From Pirellulaceae bacterium (lineage in GTDB: Bacteria > Planctomycetota > Planctomycetia > Pirellulales > Pirellulaceae): 64,000 nucleotides of DNA. The notes under the pieces are model-generated. The model made no database searches. It worked only from the letters and a program-made list of their open reading frames with translations, and was not told the origin of the DNA. The stretch lies in contig JBJLEF010000001.1 of assembly GCA_045565995.1 (NCBI GenBank), forward strand, positions 1,590,182-1,654,181, in the 5' to 3' direction. The position numbers were made by a program, and so were the translations under genes. How positions within the stretch are numbered: position 1 is the first letter of the stretch; each line of letters opens with the position of its first letter. Shown in pieces: positions 27,528-36,300 of the stretch.

Positions 27528-29021
27528 ATGTCGGAAGAGGGTAAAAAAGGTCACGGTAATTTAACGCTTTACATCATCATCTCGATTGTATTGGCGATTG
27601 CGACGGCACTGGTTCTGCCTATCGTGATGGGAGTGGAAAAAGAAGCCACTACTCTAAGCATCTTCGAAGGCATCGGCATCGGTGGTGAAGTCTTTTTACG
27701 AGCGTTAATGATGATGGTTGTACCGCTCGTGGTCGCTTCGGTTATGAACGGTATTCTCGGTCTCGGCGATGTGCGGAAGCTTGGAAAGCCAGGTTTCACG
27801 GCGGTAGGTTATTATCTGGCAACGACTGTTTTGGCGGTGGCGATTGGTCTTATTACCGTCAATATATTTAATCCCGGGGCTCCAAAAGAGAATCCGGCTA
27901 CAGGCGAGACAGCTGTTGTGCAGTCGGAGGAAGCGGAGCCAGCGACGCACGCTGATGAAATTGTCGTCACTCCCGATGACGTCAGAAAAGTTTTGGACAT
28001 TTTAGAAGATCAAACAGGTCTGGAATCCAGGGAACTGGCGAAGATATTTCCGGGATTATCAGCAGGACTGGAAGAAGAGGAGCCGGGTATCGGGATGATT
28101 TTGGGAAATCTAGTTCTCATGCTATTTGCCGATAATCTGTTTGAGGCCGCCGCCACAATGAATTTACTTCCCTTGATCGTATTCGCGATTATTTTTTCCG
28201 GTATGCTCACGACGATGGGGGAACGAGTTAAAGCGATTACTGATATGATTGAGCAGATTAATGATGCCATGATGAGTTTCGTGATGTTGTTGATGAATCT
28301 AGCGCCTCTGGGGATCTTTTGTTTGATCGCCTCGAACTTCGGTGAAGCGAATGCCAAGGGGGAGTTGATGGATGTGATTTCCCAGAGCGGGATGTTCGTT
28401 CTCACAGTGCTCGTCGGGCTCGGCTTCCACGCATTTGTCACACTTTCAGCTATCTACTGGATCTTCACCAAGAAAAATCCGTATGCCTACATGAAACAAA
28501 TGTCAGAAGCGCTGTTAACAGCATTTTCAACCGCTTCCAGTTCCGCGACGCTGCCACTGACGATGGAATGTGCTAACAAAGCTGGTATTTCCAAGAAATC
28601 GACCAACTTTGTGTTGCCCTTGGGAGCGACGATCAATATGGATGGAACGGCATTATATGAAGCCGCCGCTGCCATCTTTATTGCGAACATTGCTGTTGTG
28701 ACGCATGGTGTTGATCCGTTGACATTTACCGATCAACTCATCGTGGCAGTGACGGCGACATTGGCTGCGATTGGCGCCGCCGGTATTCCGGAAGCTGGTT
28801 TGGTGACAATGATGATTGTGCTTAACGCAGTGGGCTTACCCGTCGAATTGATTTCTTCCGTCTTGGCAATTGACTGGCTTTTGGATCGGTTCCGCACCGC
28901 AACAAATACTTTTGGTGACTCGATTGGTGCTGCTATAGTGGATGAACAGTTTAAGGACATGCGGATTGATGGTGAGGGCTCCCAAGGGCAGGGTACGGAA
29001 ACTGCCGTTGTTCCGGCCTAG
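27528..29021 (+). CDS. dicarboxylate/amino acid:cation (Na+/H+) symporter, DAACS/SDF family (GltP/GltT-like), with an acidic ~70-aa insertion
   Basis: Multiple TM helices are present. The SDF family hallmark 'PLGATINMDGTALYEAAAAIFIA' and 'SSSATLP' are present. The acidic loop is 'ETAVVQSEEAEPATHADEIVVTPDD'. Confidence 0.85.
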   Translation: MSEEGKKGHGNLTLYIIISIVLAIATALVLPIVMGVEKEATTLSIFEGIGIGGEVFLRALMMMVVPLVVASVMNGILGLGDVRKLGKPGFTAVGYYLATTVLAVAIGLITVNIFNPGAPKENPATGETAVVQSEEAEPATHADEIVVTPDDVRKVLDILEDQTGLESRELAKIFPGLSAGLEEEEPGIGMILGNLVLMLFADNLFEAAATMNLLPLIVFAIIFSGMLTTMGERVKAITDMIEQINDAMMSFVMLLMNLAPLGIFCLIASNFGEANAKGELMDVISQSGMFVLTVLVGLGFHAFVTLSAIYWIFTKKNPYAYMKQMSEALLTAFSTASSSATLPLTMECANKAGISKKSTNFVLPLGATINMDGTALYEAAAAIFIANIAVVTHGVDPLTFTDQLIVAVTATLAAIGAAGIPEAGLVTMMIVLNAVGLPVELISSVLAIDWLLDRFRTATNTFGDSIGAAIVDEQFKDMRIDGEGSQGQGTETAVVPA

Positions 29022-29082
29022 AATTCGATGGAGCCATGCGGTTTGAACCCTAGAGATTTACTTTGCAAGAAGACGTAGCAAG

Positions 29083-29766
29083 ATGAAACCTGAGCAAATT
29101 GACGAATTACTAAAACGAACTCTGGACGATCATAAAGTCTCCCGAGGTGAAAAGAAGATTTTGGATGGAATTGTGCGTGAGCACGGCTCTGCTGCGAATC
29201 AACTGGCTTTTTTACGACACCGTGCCTTTGATATGGCGCGTGAACAACTGATGAGTCCTGATGCCAAAGGAGTCCTCGATTGGCTCGAAGACGTGGTGAA
29301 AGCATTTTCCAAGACCGCGCAGGGGCCAGAGGATGAATCGCATGTCTTCTTCAGCCCTGGTGATGATTGCCCTAACGTGATCTCTAACTTGTTTGAGCGA
29401 GCCGAACAGACAGTTGATATATGTGTCTTTACGATTACCGATAACAGAATCACGCAGGCTATTCGGGATGCCTATGTACGTGGCATCAATGTCCGGGTGA
29501 TTACCGATAATGATAAGGCTTTGGATCCGGGTTCTGATGTCGACCGCATGGCTGGACTGGGGATTCCTTTGCGAGTGGATAAGTCACCACATCATATGCA
29601 TCATAAGTATGCCATTTTCGATAAGACAATAACGTTGACCGGTAGCTACAACTGGACTCGTAGTGCTGATCACTATAATGAAGAGAATTTCCTAACCACC
29701 GAAGATCCCAGTATTACGAGGCCATTCATCGGCCATTTTGAGAAACTCTGGGATTCTTTATCGTAA
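29083..29766 (+). CDS. phospholipase D-family single-HKD protein (Nuc-like nuclease/phosphodiesterase fold) with ~90-aa N-terminal extension
   Basis: One HKD motif is present: 'HHKYAIFDKTITLTGSYNWTRSA' (HxKx4Dx6GSxN). There is no second HKD copy, so it would act as a dimer like Nuc or Bfil. No signal peptide is evident. Confidence 0.65.
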   Translation: MKPEQIDELLKRTLDDHKVSRGEKKILDGIVREHGSAANQLAFLRHRAFDMAREQLMSPDAKGVLDWLEDVVKAFSKTAQGPEDESHVFFSPGDDCPNVISNLFERAEQTVDICVFTITDNRITQAIRDAYVRGINVRVITDNDKALDPGSDVDRMAGLGIPLRVDKSPHHMHHKYAIFDKTITLTGSYNWTRSADHYNEENFLTTEDPSITRPFIGHFEKLWDSLS

Positions 29767-30214
29767 CTTGGATGGGGGGGCTCGATGGGTATCTCGAGTC
29801 AGTCATCAACCTTGATGTAATAGATACAGGCTTTGGAGCCCTGACTATTTGGAATGTAAGCGAAATCGCTATTAGGTCAAACCATAGTAGTAAAGAGTAG
29901 CCTGTTGGCTGCTATCTGGAATAACCCCCGGGGTATTGGGGATATTGGAACCCCTTGGATTCTCATGTAATTCAAGGGTTTTTCTTCCAATAAATAGTTG
30001 GCATTAGCGAAGTCATTAATGTCATTGATGTGGATTATTCGCGAACGACCCTTTCATTGTCGAAAGGCAGTAGCCGGCATAATCCGCAGAACCGTCATAG
30101 ATTGGCTGTGTTTCCTGTTTTTTCTAACTAATAGAGAGAACCTAATGGTGCAGCTTTAATACTAGTGGCGATACTTGGGATGTACTTGTCCGTAAAGGGT
30201 TAATACGAAGAACC

Positions 30215-30898
30215 ATGAGTAGTGAATTAACAGAACTAGCGAATCACTTTTTTTCAGCTCCGTTGATTGTTTCAACGGGATTGATGCTATTTGTGATTGC
30301 GTACTGGGTGATTTCTATATTGACCGGTCTGGGGTTAGATGCAATTGACTTCGATCTGGACTTCGATACGGATGCGGATGTGGGTGGAATCGACGGATTT
30401 ATGGGAATCGGTTTATTACCACTCAAATGGCTGAATATCGGAGCAATTCCACTGATGTTGTGGTCTTCGATTTTTGCCGTGGCGTTTTTATTTGCTTCAT
30501 TGGGGGTTGAGCATTATCAGCCATTAACCGAGGAAGCAGCGACCGGCGTCATCGCTGTTCGTGTGATTTGGGTAATGGGTGTAGGAGCTTTAGGCACCAA
30601 ATTTATTACTCAGCCAATGCGAAACTGGTTTAAGGACCGTGCTTTGGACCATCACGAATTTATTGGCAAACAGGCCACAACTCGAATTACAACTCACTCT
30701 ACTCGTGGAAAGATATTTATCGAACGCAAAGAGGGTGATTTGATATCAGAAGCCAGGACGGCTGGAGAAGAAATCCCGAATGGAACTCGGGTAACTGTCG
30801 TGAGTTATGACGAAATTCAGAAGGTGTACATGGTTGCGGAATCGCGTTCGACGGGCGAGGAAACAATAAATAACAACGAGGAAACAAAAAATGTTTAG
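30215..30898 (+). CDS. YqiJ/NfeD-like inner-membrane protein with C-terminal OB-fold (flotillin-partner family)
   Basis: The N-terminal half is hydrophobic with TM helices. The C-terminal 'TTRITTHSTRGKIFIERKEGDLISEARTAGEEIPNGTRVTVVSYDEIQKVYMV' matches the NfeD short-form beta-barrel. Its stop overlaps the flotillin start (ATGTTTAG). Confidence 0.6.
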   Translation: MSSELTELANHFFSAPLIVSTGLMLFVIAYWVISILTGLGLDAIDFDLDFDTDADVGGIDGFMGIGLLPLKWLNIGAIPLMLWSSIFAVAFLFASLGVEHYQPLTEEAATGVIAVRVIWVMGVGALGTKFITQPMRNWFKDRALDHHEFIGKQATTRITTHSTRGKIFIERKEGDLISEARTAGEEIPNGTRVTVVSYDEIQKVYMVAESRSTGEETINNNEETKNV

Positions 30899-33110
30899 CG
30901 AGTTCCTATTCGCACAGAGTAGTATTCCTGGTGGTGGTATGACCATCACCCTGATTGCTATTGGTGCCGGGCTGTTTCTACTGCTGATTCTAGCAGTAGC
31001 CCTTAACAAGTTTTATGTCAAAGTTGGTCCGGACGAAGCTGTGATTCGTACTGGTGTCGGTGGAGTCAACGCGGTCTCTGGTTCAGGGATGTTTGTGATT
31101 CCTCTGGCTCACCAGGCAGAACGTATGGATTTGTCGGTCAAGCGAATTGAAATTAAACGTCAAGGCTCGGAAGGGCTTGTCTGTAAAGACAATATTCGGG
31201 CTGACATTGAAGTCGCATTTTATTTGCGAATTTCAGCGGATAACATGACGATGGTAGCTGCTAAGCTGGGTGCTAAACGAGCCTCAAGCCGTGACGCACT
31301 TATTGAGCTTTTTGACGCTCAGTTTTCTGAAGCATTAAAAACGATCGGTAAGAAGTTTGATTTTGTCGATCTTTATACAGAACGAGATCAATTCAAAGTA
31401 GCCATTACCGAACTTTTGGGTGACCCGGAAGATCTGCAGGGATATGAGCTAGTTAGTACTGCGATTGATTACCTTGAACAAACCCCTGTAGAAGCATTAA
31501 ACCCGTTGAATATTCTTGATGCTGAAGGCATTAAGAAGATTACGGACCTCACTTCGCGTGAAGCTATTCAGTCGAATGATATTGAGCGCGAAAAGGAAAA
31601 GGCGATTACCAAACAGGACGTCGAAGCTCGTGAAGCGATCCTGGCTCTGGAACGTCAGCAGGTTGAAGCCGAAGAACGTCAACGTCGTGAGATTGAAGAA
31701 GTCACAGCTCGTGAACAGGCTCAGGCAGCCGTTGTGAGAGAAGAAGAACGCTTACGTGCAGAATCCCGTCGAATTCAGACGGAAGAGGAACTTCAGGTCG
31801 CTGAAGAGAACAAAGATCGTCAGGTTATTGTTGCTCGTAAGAATAAGGAACGAACGGATGCTGTTGAAACGGAACGTGTGGAACGTGACCGTGGTTTAGA
31901 AGCGACGGATCGTGAACGCGTTATCGCCATAGCTGACATTGAAAAAGACAAAGCGATCGAAGTTGAGAAACGAAATATTCAGGAAGTGATTCGTGAACGT
32001 GTGATTGTCGAACGCGGTGTGGTCGAAGAGCAGGAACGTATCAAGGATACGGAACAGTTCGCAACGGCCGACCGATTGAAACGAGTTACCGTTACCCAAG
32101 CTGAAATGACTGCGGAAGAATCTTTGGTCAAAGAAGTTAAAGCTGCGGATGCCGAAAAGCAAGCTGCTGAACGTCACGCCGAACAGATTGTGATTGAAGC
32201 GGAAGCTCATCGTCAACGAGCTGAGAAAGAAACACAGGCTACCAAAATGTTGGCTGAAGCAAAAACAGCTGACGAAGCCGCTAGTGGATTGGCAGAAGCA
32301 AACGTCACTACAGCCAAAGCAGATGCTAAAGAAAAAGACGGTTACGCGGAAGCTGCTGTTATCCAGCGTAAAGCGGAAGCAGAAGCTAAAGGGCAGGAAG
32401 CAAAAGCTGTGGCAACCGAGAAACAAGGTACAGCCGAAGCAGTGATTGTTCAACGCCACGCAGAAGCAGAAGCGACTGGTATGGTAGCCAAGGCACAAGG
32501 TATCTCGAAAGAGGGTACAGCCGAGGCCGAAGTGATGCAGTTGAAATACAGTTCAGAAGCTCAGGGTATCGAAGAGAAAGCGAATGCGATGAAGCTCTTC
32601 GATTCAGTGGGGAAAGAACACGAAGAATACAAATTGCAACTTAACAAAGATAAAGAAATCGAAATCGCTGCGATTGACGCTCAACGTCAGATTGCAGAAG
32701 CCCAGTCGAATATCATGGGTGAAGCGCTCAAGAGTGCCCGCATTGATATTGTCGGTGGTGAGTCAACCTTCTTCGACCAGGTGGTCAACGCTGTGAAAGG
32801 CGGTAAGGTTGTCGATCGATTCGTGAATAATAGTGAAGTTGTCAGCGATGTTAAGGAAACATTCTTTAACGGCGATCCTGAGTACTTCAAATCTAGAATC
32901 CTTGGTATGGTCGACCAATTCGACCTCAGCACTGATGATGTGAAAGATCTTTCCATCGCAGCTCTAATCGCCAAGATGATCGGTCTCGCTCGAACGGATA
33001 CGATTCGAAATGAGTTGCAGGGACTGTTAGGGATGGCTAAAAGCACCGGTATCTCGAGTGACAAAGCCAGCACTTTCATGGCAGTAAATGCTTCTCAGGG
33101 TGATGCATAA
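30891..33110 (+). CDS. flotillin-like SPFH/Band-7 protein (YqiK/FloT-like), unusually long (739 aa) with extended EA-rich coiled-coil region
   Basis: An N-terminal TM segment precedes 'KFYVKVGPDEAVIRTGVGGVNAVSGSGMFVIPLAHQAERMDLSVKRIEIK' (SPFH start, as in YqiK). Long 'EAEAKGQEAKAV...AEAEATGMVAKAQG' flotillin-type repeats follow. The true start may be M at 30939. Confidence 0.8.
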   Translation: MFSEFLFAQSSIPGGGMTITLIAIGAGLFLLLILAVALNKFYVKVGPDEAVIRTGVGGVNAVSGSGMFVIPLAHQAERMDLSVKRIEIKRQGSEGLVCKDNIRADIEVAFYLRISADNMTMVAAKLGAKRASSRDALIELFDAQFSEALKTIGKKFDFVDLYTERDQFKVAITELLGDPEDLQGYELVSTAIDYLEQTPVEALNPLNILDAEGIKKITDLTSREAIQSNDIEREKEKAITKQDVEAREAILALERQQVEAEERQRREIEEVTAREQAQAAVVREEERLRAESRRIQTEEELQVAEENKDRQVIVARKNKERTDAVETERVERDRGLEATDRERVIAIADIEKDKAIEVEKRNIQEVIRERVIVERGVVEEQERIKDTEQFATADRLKRVTVTQAEMTAEESLVKEVKAADAEKQAAERHAEQIVIEAEAHRQRAEKETQATKMLAEAKTADEAASGLAEANVTTAKADAKEKDGYAEAAVIQRKAEAEAKGQEAKAVATEKQGTAEAVIVQRHAEAEATGMVAKAQGISKEGTAEAEVMQLKYSSEAQGIEEKANAMKLFDSVGKEHEEYKLQLNKDKEIEIAAIDAQRQIAEAQSNIMGEALKSARIDIVGGESTFFDQVVNAVKGGKVVDRFVNNSEVVSDVKETFFNGDPEYFKSRILGMVDQFDLSTDDVKDLSIAALIAKMIGLARTDTIRNELQGLLGMAKSTGISSDKASTFMAVNASQGDA

Positions 33111-33141
33111 GGCATCCGTTAGTACACCTTCGGAATGTGGT

Positions 33142-33179
33142 AGACCAGCCTCCGGCTTCGGATTGCTGGAGGTTGGTCT
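33142..33179 (+). other. stable RNA hairpin between flotillin and the AAA+ gene (12-bp stem with one G-U, 14-nt loop), not followed by a U-tract
   Basis: 'agaccagcctcc'-ggcttcggattgct-'ggaggttggtct' is seen directly. Confidence 0.4.
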
Positions 33180-33320
33180 GCGACTCCTTTCTTCCGCACC
33201 TGTCCGCCAGACCGAAAGGTCTTAGGAGAGTTGTGAGGACGAGGGCACTCCCGGTGTACCACCTGAACTTACCTTCGGATAACTATTCCTCAACGGGATA
33301 TTCATTAGAGAGTTCGTATT

Positions 33321-36300
33321 ATGGCTCAAGAAGAACAGCAGCCAGACAACACGCAGACTCCAGAGGATAATTCACCTCAGCTGGAAAGCGGTACGTATGA
33401 AATTATACGTAACCGACTCAAAAGCTTTGCCGGTGAATTACGGGATCGGCTTAACAGCCTGAACGGAGCGCGTAAGGATGTCTTTGGAGCAATTGAAACC
33501 ACGCTTTTAGGAACGGAGCGTGTGACGACCGCGCACAATTGTGTCCCTCGTGACATGATTGCTATCGGCGAGCAATTCATTTTTGGCTACAACATTCACT
33601 TTGGTCTGCGTCAAACCACGCATCCTGCAGATGTCTTCGCGGTTTACACCTTCCGCGATGGATCATTTCACACAGAAGAGTCTGATCTTCTGACCGATTC
33701 AAACTTTGAACGTGATTTTCAGGAGATTTACAAGTATTACAAAGATGCCGAATTTACGAAGTTCTTCGTGATTGGGCCTTTTGTCTATATGACTTTTCGC
33801 GTTGGTAAAGGCGTTAACGACTATAAGAGTCTAAAATGGAAGATTGAGGATAAGAAGCTCACTTACGTTGATAATCGTAGTGATCATGAAGTGGAATTTC
33901 CATCACAGCACGATTTCCCCTGGCGTCGGGCAACTCGTGACCAATTTGAAGAAGGTCGACATCCGCATGTAAGCATCGACGACCGGTTGTTCGTTGAGAC
34001 GACAGGTGGTGATCTGACCATCAAGATCGAGAACAACACGGAGTCTGGTGAAGGCATATATTCTGAGCCAGTTGAAAACCTCGATCAAACTCTTGATGAC
34101 GCCGAGATTCTTTATGCGGTTAACGGTAGTTTGATTCTGGTAAGGATTCGCCCTTATCAGGAAGAGTCTAACCGATATTTTATTTATAACGACAAGGTTA
34201 AACGTGTGTGGCGTTGTGATTCGATTGAGGAATCCTGCGTGCTGCTGCCTGATGACCATGGTGTCATCTTTGCCAATGGTTATGCACTCGCCACGGGTGA
34301 ATTTAAAGTGTTTGACACTGAGCTTCAACACTTGAAGTTCGATCGTCGACTGGATGCTCCTAATGGTGAAGACTACCTCTATGTTTTTTACTGCGAAGAT
34401 ACGGGAACATACGTCTTACTACGGTACAACCTGATCCAACAGGAAGTAGACACCCCAGTCATCTGTAATGGGACATCATTTTTCCAGGCAGGAGAAATGA
34501 TCTGCTTTCGTGCTCAGGCGGAACCTCAAAAGCACCATGCGCTGCAGATCTGGCAAACTCCGTATGTCTCAGAGGACTACGTGCTGGACACGAACACCGA
34601 TTCATTCTTATATAAAATTGGTAATAAAGATCTCGTGCGTGGGATGGCCGAGTGTTACGAAGTTATTTCGTTGATCGAAAAAGATGATAGCTATTCGGGG
34701 CTATACACGGACCTGGCGAAAGCAGCTGGCGACGTAGCGGATGCCTATTTCTGGTCCACGAATGAGGAATGCTTCAGAATTTCTGAACCACTGGCTGAAA
34801 TTCGTCAGGCTGCAGAATCAGCAATCGATGAATTCGAGAAAGTCGTTCGTGTTAAGCAGAACACTTTAGATCAAACCCGTCAGGTTGAAGCTCGAGTCAC
34901 CGAGATTCTTCGTGTCGTGCAAAACAGTCGATTTGAAAATATCGATGAATTTGTGCAGGCACTGGCGGAATTGCGGGCCGTACGTGGTGAGATTATTTCA
35001 TTGCGTGAATTACGTTACAACAATCCGGAACTGATTAACGATTTGGAATCGCAGGTTTCCGAAAGCAATGATCGTCTCAGCCAACGCTGCGTCGAGTTCC
35101 TACTGCGCGATGATGCTCTGGCTCCCTATGCCAAACGTGTGGATGGACAAGCAGATGCAATTCCGGCATTGACGAAAGTCACCGATGCCAAAGGCTTGGA
35201 AAATGAAATTTCAGCTAGTGCTTCGGAATTGGAAATGCTAATTGATATCGTCAGTAATCTGGAAATTGAGGACGCGACTCAGCGAACTCGAATTATAGAA
35301 AATATTTCGACCATCTTTGGCAAAGTGAACACTGCCCGTGCCTCCCTCAAAGGTAAAGTCAAAGACCTGATGAGTGTCGAAGGAATCGCTGAATTCAATT
35401 CTCAGATGAAACTACTTAATCAGGCGGTGGTTAATTATCTGGATATCTGTGACACTCCTCAGAAGTGTGAAGAATTCCTCACTAAAATGATGATCCAGTT
35501 GGAGGAACTGGAAGGTCGGTTTGCGGAGTTTGATGAGTTTGTTGTTCAACTGACGGATAAACGCGAAGAGGTATACAATGCGTTTGAAACTCGCAAAGTC
35601 AGTCTGGTGGAAGAAAGAAATAAACGAGCATCGTCTCTAATGAATGCGGCGGATCGTATTCTCAAAGGCGTGAAGTCACGTGTTGATAGTTTGGAATCGG
35701 TCAACGAAATCAATGCTTACTTTGCCTCTGATCTCATGATTGAAAAGATCCGCGATTTGGTGGATCAACTCAAACACCTTGATGACAGTGTGAAAGTGGA
35801 TGATGTTCAGAGTCGTCTTAAGACAGTTCGCGAAGATGCTGTAAGACAACTCAAGGACCGCCAGGAGTTGTTTGTTGATGGCGAAAACGTCATCAAGTTT
35901 GGTAAAAATAACTTCTCCGTTAATATCCAGTCATTGGACCTGACTTCCGTTCTGCGAGATGGAGAGATGTTCTATCACCTGACTGGTACAGATTTCTTTG
36001 AACGCATTGATGACGAAGAGTTGCTGGCAACTCGGGATGTTTGGCAGCAGGAAGTTATTTCGGAAAATACAGAGGTGTACCGTGGTGAATACCTTGCATA
36101 TCAGATGTTTGCCGAGTTGCACGATAACACTGAAATGTCTCTCGAGGCATTTTCAGGATTGGATGATGAGCAACGCGTAGCTGAACTCCAAAAGTTCATG
36201 GGGCCACGATATACGGAAGCCTATGCGAAAGGGGTGCATGATCTTGATGCGGCAAAGCTTGTGAAAACTTTGGCAGAGATGGAATTATCTATCGGCTTGC

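Noticed and set aside
29767-30214. 450-nt intergenic region after the PLD gene as a possible mobile-element scar or ncRNA
   Set aside because: I found no inverted terminal repeats, integrase or transposase fragments, or convincing structure. The only notable item is a G7 tract, mentioned in the homopolymer finding.
31896-32498. 200-aa antisense ORF within the flotillin gene
   Set aside because: Cys/Phe-rich low-complexity translation, a mirror of the EA-rich coiled-coil coding region. The sense strand has clear SPFH and flotillin motifs.
33137-33370. 77-aa ORF spanning the flotillin to AAA+ spacer
   Set aside because: It overlaps the hairpin and the start of the 1767-aa gene in another frame and has no motifs. 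The region is better explained as a structured UTR.
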